In this document: in pieces, positions 29,101 to 43,468 of the stretch | Layout: each line of letters begins with the position of its first letter | Numbering within the stretch: position 1 is the stretch's first letter | Assembly: GCA_010093815.1 (NCBI GenBank) | Contig: ML996565.1 | DNA from: Pseudovirgaria hyperparasitica | Lineage: Eukaryota | Strand: one strand, 5' to 3' | Length of the DNA stretch: 64,000 nucleotides | Notes under the pieces: generated by a model | What the model saw: only the letters and a program-made list of their open reading frames with translations | Told to the model about the DNA's origin: nothing | The model's database searches: none | Translations under genes and position numbers: made by a program

Positions 29101-31749
29101 TTATAGATATATAACTATTAAGTACTTCCTTATATTATTTACTTAAAGGTTAGTACTAGAGCTAGATCTATTAACTAAAGACGAGTACTATAGTTAAGCT
29201 AACTATATAGCCCGCTATACATAGTTACTAACCTATAAATATTCTATAATATTAACTAATTACTATATATAACTAGCTTTATCCTTATAAGACCTAGTAT
29301 ATTAATTTAGTAGACTTATAATAGTTATACTTAATCTAAACTAACTAATATTCTTCTATGTCTATATCTAAAGGTAGGTAAAAAGTACTACTATTAGCCT
29401 ACTAAAAAGATTTAGGCGCGAGTAAATATTAAACTAGCTAATTAACTATTCTATATAGATCTATATAACGTAATAGCGGACTAGGTAGATTCTAAGAATT
29501 TTCCTAGCTTATTAAAAGCTTTTCTACTAATTCTTCTAGAATATATAGTAATAGAATACCCTTTATTATTAGCTCTATCTATATAGATCTCTAGTAACGG
29601 GCTAGTAGTAGGTAATTTCTCTATAACTAAATAACGGCACCTATTAAAATACGATTCGCAGCTATTTTATATAGATTATACTATTAATATTATAGAGAAC
29701 TATATAACTTAGCCGTCTATAAACGTCTAGCCGTCTAACTAAGTAAAATTACTAATTATTATAGTAATAGAATAATAGATTATAAGAAAGGGTAAGGTTA
29801 GTATCTACTAGCCGGCCGTCTTCTTAAAAGATGAATAGTTTTAGAAAGAATATCTACCGTGTAAAGCCCCTAGCGTTTTAAATAGTAAAGTCACGATTAT
29901 ATTTAATTAATTTATACTTAGTAGAGTAGTAATATTACTACTATATTATTAGTAGATCTTAGAGAAGACTCGTTCTAAGCCCTAGGTAATTAAAGATAAG
30001 CTACTTATAGCGAATAAAGCCGACCATTATAATTAGGCGGTACCCTTAGATATTAATCTAGTATACGGGCATAAAGATAATAATAGTAGTATCTTAGCTA
30101 AGTAACTATTAAAGATTATAAGCGCTATATAACTAACTATAAAGAGTCTAGTAGATAATCTAATTTTAGCCTAATTATAATAATTAGATTATATACGTAC
30201 TATATTACTTATATTACTAACTACTATTAATAATTCGGATTTTAGCTTACCGCGTAGTTAATTAAGTAGATAGTAAATAAACTCGGGTAGCTTAGTACTA
30301 AACGTTAGTAACCTATTACTTTTCATACCTAAATTAAGTTATATAATTAATTTTAAAACTAGTACACGAAGATTTAATCCGATTATAATTCTATAGAAAG
30401 ATTAGCTAGATAATAAGAAAGTAACTATATTAGATATCTATGTATATAACCTAGACGTAGTTAAAAGAATTATTAACTAGTTAACCTAGACTAACGTCTA
30501 TCTTACTAATATCTACTAATAGCTATACGATATAACCTCGTCTATTAAGGTAAATATAGTTAACTAGAAAACCATAGTAGCTACCTAGGTATAATTTTTA
30601 ATATCCGTTCTAATAGCTACTAGAAATAATCTACGCGTAATACTTCTTAAGTAAGCTAAAACTCTTTATAAACTTATTAGTAATAAAGGTATTAACTTAG
30701 TCGAAAGTAGATATAAGTAATCTATATTTAAGTATACTATTTTAATAACTAAAGACTTCTTTAAAGTTAAGAGTAATCTAGATATATATATTATATTATT
30801 CTAGAACTTTTAGTAGAAAGTAAGTACTACTAAAAAGACATAGAGCCTTAATAGAGTAGTTATAGAAAGTCTAGTTTTTAAAAAACTAACTATTAAGAGG
30901 GACCTCTATATTATCTAACCTAAGCTTATAAAGAAATAAGTTATTATCTTATCTAATAAGGAAGAAATTAATAGTAATTTTACTATAGTATAGCTCTACC
31001 TAGTTATAAAGATAACCTTAGCCGCCTTAAAAATATTATCTTAGTTATTTTAATAAAAGTCTAAGTAGTCTAATTTAGTCAACCGTCTAGGTCTTCTATC
31101 TAGCCTAAGTAAGTTAGCTTATCCTCTAGCTAACTATAGAGAACTAGAATATTACTTATACTAAATAGATAAGCTAATTAAGCGACTAGGGCCTCTAGAG
31201 GAGGTAGTTAACCTTCTTAAGCCTATAAAGTTAATTTATAAGTATAGTAAATATACTATAAGGTCGTTTAATAACGAAATTAGTAAGTATATATAGAAAT
31301 ACCTAAACTATATCTATAACGCTAAATATAAGTTCTATACTAAGGAGTTAAGATTAAAGTAAATAGTTAAATACTACTAGAATATCTACTACTATTATAG
31401 CTTTAGACTTAAAGACGCTACTATAGCTACTTATAGTTATAAGTAGTATAAACCTTACCTTACTAAAATACTACTAAATAGACTATTATATTATAAGACG
31501 TGCTAAAAGATTATAAAGCTAGTTTTTCTAGATAATAACTCTAATAGTATATAAGATAAGTCTATAATAGCTTTATATAAACTAACTAGCGTACTATCTA
31601 CTAGTAAAATATAGTAAGTTAACTAGAATAATAATAAAGATATTAAGGTTACTAAGCTACTAGCTAAGTAATAAGGTCGCTCTAAGGGGACTATAAAGCA
31701 TATCATGTCTACTAAGAAACTCCCTAATATCGGTTTAGCTATAGATTAA
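29101..31749 (+). pseudogene. Relic long sense ORF downstream of pol in Gypsy D, with Cys/His-rich C-terminus; function unknown
   Basis: One frame reads protein-like for ~2.6 kb with only TAA/TAG stops. Repeated Y-x2-Y (RIPed CxxC) at 31243-31254 and 31327-31338, and TAT AAG ACG TGC at 31492-31503. The start position is uncertain. Confidence 0.5.
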
Positions 31750-31849
31750 CCGTACCGTGGTATCTATAAAGATATAAACCCGTGTCTAGCTAAGTATCGC
31801 GTATAAAGCTACTAAGGGTAATAGTAGGTTTTCTTAAATTCGGGCACCT

Positions 31850-31997
31850 TATTATAGCTATAGTAGTAGTATATACTATATATAATTAATATAGGTAGTA
31901 GTAAACCGGTCGTTTATATAAATATAACCGACCGGATATATATAGAAAATAGTATACTTTATAACTAATATAACTTAACTTATTAATAATCTTAATA
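31850..31997 (+). repeat. 3' LTR, Gypsy D
   Basis: Direct repeat of 22451-22600. Confidence 0.93.
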
Positions 31998-32129
31998 TAT
32001 AGGTTTCTAAGTATCTTTATTAGAATTATATTCTTTCTAATAAATTTTATATAGCTATATACTATCTTTAGTATATTATTAGCTAAGTATCTACTTAACT
32101 TTATAGATATCTATAAAAATAGAAGTACT

Positions 32130-35100
32130 AAATAGATTATAAGCCGAATAACAATCTATATACATTAATTAATAGAGTATACTAAGTATAATAACCTCTA
32201 ATATATATATATATATATAGTATATAAGATATAATAATACTAATATATAGAGATACCATATATATACACTTAAAAACTCTTTAAAGATATAAGTATAGAC
32301 TACTACTACTAAACGCTAATATACTAACTCTCTTTTATTAGTTAAGGATAGCCCTTAACTAATAACTATAGAGGCCTTAGGCGTTAATATACCCCAGCTT
32401 TTACTAGATATATCTCTAACCCTAGTACGGTAGAAACGGCTATATAGTAGAATATTCTAGAATAATTAAACCCCTATCTAAAAAGTAATAAATAACTAAG
32501 GGTATAAAGTACTATAGACGAAGAAGAAAGAGAGAACCCTATCTAGAGATACCCTTCTAGATAAAATTAACTACTAGATAGTATATATAGAGAGAGAGGT
32601 TAAGAAAGACGAGACTACCCTTCTTAGTATCTTCTAGAGCCTAGTCTAGAATATTAAGAAGCTTACTATAAGAGTAAAATAAACGCTAGAGATAAGTCTA
32701 GAATTAAGGTTAGACTAAATTAAGGCTAGTCTACTAAGGATCTAGGAAGGCCTTATCTAGAAAAAATACCTATCTATCTAGGCCTAAGTTATAGTACCGC
32801 TAGGTAGTATAACTAGAATAATCTAAATACTAAGAATACCTATAGAAGAAGTATATAGTATATAGATTATTATCTAGAATAAGAAAGTCCTTATATAGGT
32901 CTAAAAGGCGTCCCTAAAGAATATTATTAATAAGATTAATAAATAAAAAAAGATATAGTTAAATATAGTTATAGCTAAACTTACTCTAGAAGGTATAATA
33001 CTAACTACTACTACTAATATAGTCTAGTAGACTATCTCCCGTAATCGAAATGTAATGAATAATATCTTCTCTAGTATCTTTATCTACGCTAATATATATC
33101 TAATATAAGTATATATAGTTCCTATCTAGAGATATATTATTAGCGCTAATAATATTAAGTAAATAGAATAATCTAATAAATAGAAGTACCCTAGAATTAA
33201 GATTATAAAGGTATAGTAGAAGAATATATAAGAGATTAAGATAAAATTAAAAAAGTACTCTACTATAATAGTAGAGCTCTAAGACTCTACCCTCGCCTAT
33301 TAGATTATATAGAAAGGCTTCTTAGCTAAGGGGGAGTTACTTATAGTAGAACTATAGAATAGGGCTTAGATAATAATCTAATACTTTAACTATTAGAGAT
33401 ATAGATATATAGAGTAGAGGTACTCTTAGAAGACTATCTATAGATAGTACTAATAGAACTATAGTATCTAGAAATACCTATATAAAGTCTAAGGGGACTA
33501 TATATATAATAAAGATACTACTAAGTACTCTAACTATAATAGGAATCATCTATTATAGTTAGTAATATATATAAAATATAAATAAGTTACTAAATATATT
33601 AATACTATAAAGGCGAGAGAAGTAAGGTAGATATAATAGACTATAAGGCCTCTATTATCTACTCTAACTATATCTATAAATATACTAACTAATATATAAG
33701 AAGGCGGGACTAATATATAATAGTATACTATATAGAGGAAGATAGGGCGACCCTAGGGTATTCTTAAGGTAGCTACCGTGTAGAGATAGTCGCGCCTTAA
33801 TACTACTAGTATATAGGCTTAAGCGTTCCCTAGTACCTAATAAGAAGCTAAGATATACTTATTATTATATAGGTAAATATATAATATAAATAAGAAAACT
33901 AGACTATACTTCTAGAAGAGATAGATACTATGATAATAGCTATCTAGAAGCTATATAAATACTACTAAACTAATAAACTAACGATATATCTAGAATACTA
34001 TACTATCTACTCCCTAGACCTAGATAGAAGAGTTCTATTCTATATATATAAATCTATTCTACTCTTAGAATAGTTCTATATAGAATAAGATAATCTCTAG
34101 ATAATACTATACCTCTAGATAGAAATAGAGCCTCTCTATATCTATAATATCTATAACTAGAGAGAATTACTTATACCGGACGCTATACTAGAGAGTATTA
34201 TAGAACTAGAATAATATATTCTTCTAGGTAACTTTAACCTCTACTATAGATAATAGAGAGGCCTAATAGTTATTAGAAAAGAGCTTAGGGTAAGAGAACT
34301 ATATATAAGGTACTACGACCTTCTATACCTTCTTATACTAGTTAGATAAATTATATAAAGGAAATATAAGGAGGATAAGAAGAGATCTATACTCGACCTT
34401 ACCCTTACTATAGAATATATAAGCTATAGAGTATAATATTACTACCCTAGTAAGATATAGATAGACTCTAACTATAAATATATAGAGACTATAATAGATA
34501 TATCTATATCTAATAAATAATAGAGAAGATAGCTATAGAAAGATACTAACTAGAAGAAGTATAGGGAGGACCTAGAATTAGTAATTCTAGACCCCTCTAT
34601 AGTTAATATATCTAATAGCCCGGCTATAGATAGAGCTATATAAGCCCTTCTTTAACCCTTCTAAAACTTAAGAGATAAACACGTACTATACTAAATATAT
34701 AAGCCCCTAGATATAAGGGATATACCTTAAATATATAAAAGTAGAAGGGAAGCCTAGAGACTATATATACGTATATACTATATCTAGATAACTAAAGTAT
34801 AGAAGAAATAGAAAGAGATAATCTAATCTTATAATAGAACTCTCTATAATAAATAATATAAATACTAGTATATAATTACTAATAAATATATACGCTAGAC
34901 TATAGAACTATAGTATATAGTAAAGTAGACTAAGAGCGTGGATATACTAATACTACTACTACTAATACCTCCTCTAATATACTAGAGAAGAATATATACT
35001 ATAAGCCTTAAAAAGATAGAGATTCTCTAAGAAGTTATATTTCCCCCCCTAGAGCTAGTAGACCTATTAGATATTAAGAATAATATATATCTAGACGTGG

Positions 35101-35856
35101 TTAATATCTCTATAGAGATTATAGAAGAAGATATACTTAATACTATTAAAGTACTCCCGAATAATAAAGCGCCTAGACTAGATAGAATACTAAATAGATA
35201 TCTTAAATATATTATATAAGTAACCTTACTACTTATTAGTCTTATCTTCTAGATATATACTAAGAATAGATACTATCCCTAAAGCTTCTAGACTATCTAT
35301 ACTATTATACTTCTAAAGTTAGAGAAGAACTCTAACTCTCTAAAAGGATAGAGACTAATTACCCTTCTCTTCTATCTTAGTAATATACTTAAGACTATAA
35401 TTATAAAGAAGATAAGTACTATAGTATAAGAATATAACCTCCTTCTAGTAAACTAGAAGATAAAGACTAGAAGTTCTCTAATTACTACTATCTAATATAT
35501 TCTTAAAGTTATCTAGACTATATAGAAGTAGAGACGCGTAGTAATATTACTCTCCCTTAATATAGCCGGCGTATTTAATAAGGTAAACTATATAAGACTT
35601 ATCTATAACCTATAGAAGAGATATATACCCGAATAGATTATAAGATTTATATAGTTCTTCCTTACTAAAAGAATTACCTAGATATATATCCCTAGATATT
35701 AAAGTAAATATAAGAAGATAATATATAGTATTCTATAAGAAAGTACTATCTCCCTAATTCTCTTTCTCTTCTTTACTATAGACCTTCTATAGAGAATATA
35801 ATATATAGAGGTAGTAGAATACGCTAATAATATATACCTTCTAGCTATTAATAATA
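32130..35856 (+). mobile_element. LINE copy 4, part 1 (5' UTR, ORF1, ORF2 to RT YADD)
   Basis: Colinear with 4930-8665. Cut by Gypsy A at TSD TAATA just after TAC GCT AAT AAT (YADD). The 5' boundary is approximate. Confidence 0.9.
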
Positions 35857-36385
35857 TATAATGAATTACTAGCTAGGGCCATAGGGGGATACGTAGACTC
35901 TAGTACGAGTAGTATAAGAGATAGTATAATACATAGAAGAGGCGCCTATAATATAATAGGTAGCTTTAGGTAATAACCTAAGGCCGAGATAGACACCTAT
36001 AGGGAGAGCTAATCACGGGTACTTAGAATAGGTATTCTAAGTAGCCTACTAGGTAATTAGAAATAGAATATTAGTATTCTAAGTAATATACTAAATACTT
36101 AGAATAAGTATTCTAATTAGAGGACCTTAGTAGAACTATATAGACCCTTTAGACCCGATCTCTAGAGATAGTTCTATAGTAATTAATTTAAACTTATACT
36201 AATATAATTACTACTTCACTCGCTAACTAGCTAGTTACTATTTATACTCTATTAATACTTATTATAAACCTACTTATACTCTTCTAAGCTTTCTAAGTAC
36301 CTTTATCTTTAGAAAAGCTAGAATACTCTATATAACGGACTACTTTAGAGATAAGCCGCATTCTTATTAGAGAAGGTTTATTATA
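35857..36385 (+). repeat. 5' LTR, Gypsy A
   Basis: Direct repeat of 52974-53502. Confidence 0.95.
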
Positions 36386-38200
36386 GTTTAATTACTTCTA
36401 CTTAGACTCCGAAGTAAGTATTTATACTATCTATTTAAATATAAAATAGTAAATAATAGATAGTCCTTATCTTCGTGGACCGCCCTATAAGCCCTAACTA
36501 TAGAATAAGTTAGATATCTTATTATAGAACTAGAGGAGTAAGTCGTAGAGCTCTAAAGAGAAAATATTAAACTTAGAAAAGCTAAAGATAGCTTTAAAAG
36601 AAAAATTCTAGAACCTTTTAAAGATAAGTAAAGTAAACTCTAAGGATTTCTAATATAGATTAGAATATACCTCTAGGCCTATTAAATTTAGAACCCGGAA
36701 GAATAAGTTATATTTACTACTAGACTACTAAAGGGAGATACACTCGCTTAGTTTAAACTCTATTTAAGTGACTTTATAGAAAATAATCCATAGAATTAAT
36801 AGAATAATACTACTAAGATCTTTAAACGTTTTAAAGAATTTAAGAAATATATTAAAATAATCTTTAGAGATATAGATAAATAAAGGATAGCTAAGAGATA
36901 AATCTAGTAAATAGTCTAGATAAAATCTATATCTAACTACGCCTTAAAATTCTAATAAATCTCTAGTTAGCTAGAATAAGATAATAAACCTCTAATCCTC
37001 TAGTTCTATACTAGATTATATAATAATATTAAGAATAAAATCTCTAGAGAGAGAGACTATCCTACTAACCTCTAAGAGTATATTAAGCTAGTAGTCTAGA
37101 TTAATAACCGACTATATAAGAGATGCTATAAGAAAAGAGGAAAAAAGATCTTTTAACCCGTACTTAAATAAGATACTTAGAAGGGTTATATTAATAAAGC
37201 CCTAAACTACCTATATAAGAGATTCTATAATAGATCTATACTAATAGAACTTAGTACCTTATAGATAAAATATCTATCTAATAAAGAAAGGGAATAACTA
37301 AAGAAGAAAGGTAAGTATCTCTACTATAAAGAAAAGGGATACTATACCCGCGAATACCCGAAAAATAAGAATAAGAAAAATTTAATTAAAGACCTAGTAC
37401 TAAGATAAGGGAACTTTACTATAGAAAAAGAAGAAGTACCTTATATAGCTATATTATAGACTAGTTATACTAATAACCTCTATTTTATATATAAGTTAGA
37501 AAAAGATAGCGTAGATTAGTATCTAAAGAAAAGAAATATTTTAATAGCTAGTAAATAACCCCTATTACTTTATAAAAAAACGGAACTATAGAAGTACTTA
37601 GAAGTAATAAGAATATCTAAATTAACTAAAGAAATAGTATCTAAAGAAGTAATAATTAAAGGAAGTACTACTAAGGAAGATAGTAAGGAAGAAACCCTTA
37701 CTATAGAAGAACTATATAATAAGTTAATAATAAACTAAGACTCTATTACTTACTATATTATCTATTATTATAGAAAATATATAAGTAAAGATAATAGAGA
37801 CCTATCTTTAAGAGATATAGAAATCTAACTAGAAGATAACTAACTTATTTTACCCTACTATAAGGAATATAGTAAGACTTTCTAGGTTATCTATCTCTAT
37901 AATAACTATCTTTATTATCTTTATAAGAAGCGAACCTAGAAATAGTTCCTATAATAGTATTAGAATTAAGCGATTCTAAAAGTCTTTAGAGACGAAGATA
38001 TATAATAGTATAAAATAATTACTAAGGAAGCCGATAAAAACTACTTTATATTAAAATAGATAGAAAATAAGATTTATCTAGAGAACCAATATACCTAATA
38101 TCCGGACGTTACGTGCCGAACTTATCTAATATCTAAGGCTATTATATAGTATAACCTTTAAGTAGACTTAGGCAAAATTAAGAAATAAGTTTAATCTATA

Positions 38201-41200
38201 ATAATAATAATAATAATAATATTATATAACTAGATAGAGTAGTTTATTCTATAGACATATACCTTCTCTAGTCTAAGCTATTATATAAGAAGAAACCTTT
38301 ATAAAAGGAAAAACTCCCTTCTCTCTATAACTATATCTTATAAAGTCTTCGCGTTATCTTAAGTATATAGCTATTAGAAATATCTATAGGTCTATAACCT
38401 ATAGTACTATTATTTTTACCCTTAGGTAGTACGTATAGAGTACGGGGGTTATTAGTTAAGGGTTATCCTTTAACTAATTATTAGAGTTCTTCCGGGGTTC
38501 TTCCGGCGTATACTAGGGTCTATCTAGTATATACCTAGTTATATTTAGTATATATATCCGGGTCTATTAGTATTAGGGGAGAGGGAGATATATAAGTATC
38601 TACCGGGCGATCTTCTTAGAATACTTATTAAGCTACTATATAATATTAGAGGTCCTCGTTATATAGATAAGTAATTATCTCTATATATAGAGGTCTAGGT
38701 ATATTATAAGATAGTACTATATTATATCTCTCTAGCTATATACTTTATACTATAGGGACGCGTCTAGAACGCCCCTCTAGTCTAGATAGTATAGAAGTTC
38801 TATAGCTTCTATTTGCGCTTAGAGAAGAATAGATACTTAGGCTTTTGTAAGCCCCTTATATATCTATCTACTTAGTTTCTTCTATAGTCTCTAAACCTAT
38901 TCTAGATACTTATTCTATTAGGATACCTAATAGGTCTAGAGGACTTCCTTCTATTTATTCTAGATCTATAACCGTATAGCCCGTATAAGCTTCTAAGGGT
39001 TCTACTAGTCTAGGGAGGTGTCTAGGTTATCCCTAATCTCTTATATAATTTAGTTTAAGTCTATCTCTATTAGGCTCTTATACTATAGTTAAGTCTAGCC
39101 TATATATAGTAGCGCTTAATAGTAGATACTAATTTATATACGTAGTATGGCGAAGGTATATTTAGCGTGTTCTATATATTTCTATACTTATTATTTAGTA
39201 AAGTATATTACCCTCTATATCTAGTAGAAGTCCTATATACTTATTATATTTATCTTATATTATAGTAGTATTATATTAATAGCTTTATATACGCTAGATA
39301 TAAGGTAGAGTATATAGTTCTATATAGACTCGAGCTTTATTTATCTAGTCTATATAAGGGCCGTGTACTAGTACTTATATCTATATATAAAGGCGGGTCG
39401 TACTATAGAGACGTATAGTTAGCATATCTTATTCTAGGTGGTTCCCTATATAGAGGCCGTAATCCGGCGTATAGCGGCTTCTATCTTAAGGGCCCTAGAT
39501 ACTACGTATATAATCTATAGGCCCTATTTAAGTTTATTATTAATTATAATACTAAGTATATATATACTCTATATTTATAGTTTAGTAAAAGTATCTATTC
39601 TAGAACGTTACTCTTCTTCTCTAGTAGTCTATTTTCTATAGCGGTTAATAAAGTATATAAGTTAGTATTTCTTAGGGGCGAACTTTACTCTATAGCGCTT
39701 TATCTACTAGATATATCTCTTATAGTCTTATTTAAGGTATTTATATATTAAACTAGTATTATTATTAATAGCTAGAAGGTATATATTATTAGCGTATTCT
39801 ACTACCTCTATATATTATATCTCTTATAGAAGGTCTATAGTAAAGAAGAGAAAGAGGATTAGAGAGATAGTACTTCCTTATAGAATACTATATATTATCT
39901 TCTTATATTTACTTTAATATCTAGGGATATATATCTAGGTAATTCTTTTAGTAAGGAAGAACTATATAAATCTTATAATCTATTCGGGTATATATCTCTT
40001 CTATAGGTTATAGATAAGTCTTATATAGTTTACCTTATTAAATACGCCGGCTATATCTAGAGAGAGTAATATTACTACGCGTCCCTATTTCTATATAGTC
40101 TAGATAACTTTAAGAATATATTAGATAGTAGTAATTAGAGAGCTTCTAGTTTTCGCCTTCTAGTTTACTAGAAGAAGATTATATTCTTATACTATAGTAC
40201 TTATCTTCTTTATAATTATAGTCTTAAGTATCTTACTAAGATAGAAGAGAAGGGTAATTAGTCTCTATTCTTTTAGAGAGTTAGAGTTCTTCTCTAGTTT
40301 TAGAAGTATAATAGTATAGATAGCCCGGAAGCTCTAGAGGTGGTATCTATTCTTAGTATATATCTAGAAGATAAGACTAATAAGTAGTAAGATTATCTAT
40401 ATAGTATATTTAAGGTATCTATTTAGTATTCTATCTAGTCTAGACGCTTTATCGTTCGGGAGTACTTTAATAGTATTAAGTATCTTCTCTTCTATAATCT
40501 CTATAGAGATATTAATTATATCTAGATATATATTATTATTAATATCTAAAAGATCTACTAGCTCTAGAGGGGGAAATATAACTTCTTAGAGGATCTCTAT
40601 CTTTTTAGGGCTTATAGTATATATTCTTCCCTAGTATATTAGGGAAGGTATTAGTAGTAGTAGCGTCGGTATATCTATACTCTTAGCCTACTTTACTATA
40701 TACTATAGCTCTATAGTCTATTATATATATTTATTAGTAATTATATACTAGTATTTACGTCGTTTATTATAGGGAGTTCTATTATAAGATTAGATTATCT
40801 CTTTCTATTCCTTCTATATCTTAGTTATCTAGATATAGTATACGCGTATATATAGTCTTCGGGCTTCCCTTCTACTTTTATATATTTAAGGTATATCTCT
40901 TATATCTAGAGACTTATACGTTTAGTATAGTACGTATTTATTCCTTAAGTTTTAGAAGGTTTAAAGAAGAACTTATACGGCTCTATCTATAGCCGGGCTA
41001 TTAGAGATATTAACCGTAGAGAGGTCTAGAATCGCCGATTCTAGGTCCTCTCTATACTTCTCCTAGTTAGTATCTTTCTATAGCTATCTCCTCTATTATT
41101 CGTTAGGTATAGATATATCTATTATAGTCTCTATATATTTATAATTAGAGTCTATTTATATCTTACTAGGGCGGTAATATCATACTCTATAGCTTATATA

Positions 41201-43468
41201 TTCTATAGTGAGGGTAAGGTCGAGTATAGATTCCTCCTTATCTTTCTTATATTTTCTCTATATAATTTATCTAACTAGTATAAGAAGGTATAGAAGGTCG
41301 TAGCACCTCGTATATAGCTCCCTTACCCTAAGCTCTTCTCTAATAACTATTAGGCCTCTCTACTATCTATAGTAGAGATTAAAGTCGCCTAGAAGGATAT
41401 ATTATTCTAGTTCTATAATACTCTCTAGTATAGTATCCGGCGTAAGTAATCCTCTCTAGTTATAGATATTATAGATATAGAGGGGCCCTATATCTATCTA
41501 GAGGTATAGTATTATCTAGAGATTATCTTATTCTATATAGAACTATTCTAAGAGCGGAATATATTTATATATATAGAAGAGAACTCTCCTATCTAGGCCT
41601 AGGGGGTAGATAGTATAGTATCCTAGGTATGTTATTAGTTTATTAGTTTAGTAGTATTTATATAGTTTCTAAATAGCTATTATCGCGGTGTCTATCTCTT
41701 CTAGAAGCGTAGTCTAGTTTTCTTATTTATATTATATATTTACCTATATAATAATAAGTATATCTTAGCTCCTTATTAGGTGCTAGAGAATACTTAAGTC
41801 TATATACTAGTAGTGTTAAGGCGTAACTATCTCTATACGGTAGCTACCTTAAGGATACCCTAGGGTCGCCCTATCTTTCTCTATATAGTATACTATTATA
41901 TATTAGCCCTACCTCCTTATAGATTAGTTAGTATAGTTATAGATAGAGTTAGAGTAGATAGTAGAGGCCTTATAGCTTAGTATATCTATCTTACCCCTCT
42001 CGCCTTTATAGCGTTAATATACTTAGTAACTTATCTATATTTTATATATATTACTAACTATAATAGATAGTTTCTATTATAATTAGAGTACTTAGTAGTA
42101 TCTTTATTATATATATAGTCCTTCTATCCTTTATATAGATATTTCTAGATATAATAGTTCTATCGGTACTATCTATAGATAGCTTTCTAAGAGTATCTCT
42201 ATCTAGTATATCTATACCTCTAATAGTTAAAGTATTAGATTATTATCTATACTCTATTCTATAGTTCTACTATAAGTAACTCCCTCTTAGCTAAGAAGCC
42301 TTCTTATATAATCTAATAGATAAGGGCGGGGTCTTAGAGCTCTACTATTATAGTAGAATGTTTTTTTAATTTTACTTTAATTCCTTATACGTTCTTCTAC
42401 TACGCCTTTATAATTCTAATTCTAGGGTATTTCTAGTTATTAGATTATTCTATTCGCTTAATATTATTAGTACTAATAATATATCCCTAGACGGGAACTA
42501 TATATATCTATATTAGGTACGTGTTAGCGTAGACGGACGTACTAGAGAATATATTATTAATTATATTCGGGTTATAAGAGATAGTCTACTAGACTATATT
42601 AGTAGTAGTAGTTAGTACTATATCTTCTAGGGTAAGTTTAGCTATAACCATGTTTAACTATATTCCTTTTTATTTATTAATCTTATTAATAATATTCTTT
42701 AGAGATACCTTCTAGACCTATACGAGAACTTTCTTATTCTAGATAGTAATTTATATACTATATACTTCTTCTATAGATATTCTTAGTATTTAGATTATTC
42801 TAGTTATACTATCTAATAGTACTATAACTTATACCTAAGTAGTTAGACGTCCCTCCTAGGTAAGGCCTTCTTAGATTCTTAGTAGACTAGCCTTAATTTA
42901 GTCTAGTCTAGACTCTAGACTTATTTCTAGTATCTATTTTACTTCTATAGTAAGCCCCTTAATATTCTAGACTAGGCTCTAGAAGATATTAAGGAGAGTA
43001 GTCTCTCCCTTCTTAATCTCTCTCTCTATATATACTATCTAGTATTTAATCTTATCTATAAGGGTGTCCGTAAGCGGAGTCCTCTCTATCTTAGTTATCT
43101 ATAGTACTTTATATTTCTAGTTATTTTTTATTTTTTAGATAGTAGTTTAGTTATTCTAGAATATACTACTATATAGTCGTTTCTATTATACTAGTAGTAG
43201 GGGTATATCTAGTAGAAGCTAGGGTATATTAATGCCGGAGGCCGCTATAATTATTAGTTAAGGGCTACCCTTAACTAGTAAAGGGGGTTAGCGTGTTAGT
43301 ATTCGTTAGTAGTAGTATTAGTACCGTCGTGTATTATATACTATATGTACGTACATATGTCGGAAGTTATTATACTTAGTATACTCTATTAATTAATATC
43401 TATAGATCGCTATATCGCTCTAAATTAACTAGTTTTGGTCCCTTAGGGTGTTCCTAAAAGAATTCTTC
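38201..43468 (-). mobile_element. Full-length LINE copy 3
   Basis: (ATA)n tail at 38201. 15-bp TSD taa(g/a)tttaatctata at 38186-38200 and 43469-43483. Reverse complement closely matches copy 4. Confidence 0.93.

Larger units (their letters stand above)
22451..31997 (+). mobile_element. Full-length Gypsy family D (9.5 kb) with an extra 3' ORF
   Basis: LTRs 22451-22600 (starts TGT) and 31850-31997. TSD TATAG at 22446-22450 and 31998-32002. PBS-like aagtagtagc (RIP of TGGTAGC). Protease CLDTGS ~25117, RT GRVVGDxRGLN ~26205 and AYIDDI ~26511, integrase ~27920-28300, chromodomain-like ~28800-28940. Confidence 0.93.

Noticed and set aside
29101..31749. env gene call for Gypsy D ORF3
   Set aside because: The position fits, but the apparent hydrophobicity is a RIP artefact and no signal peptide, cleavage site or transmembrane pattern can be supported.
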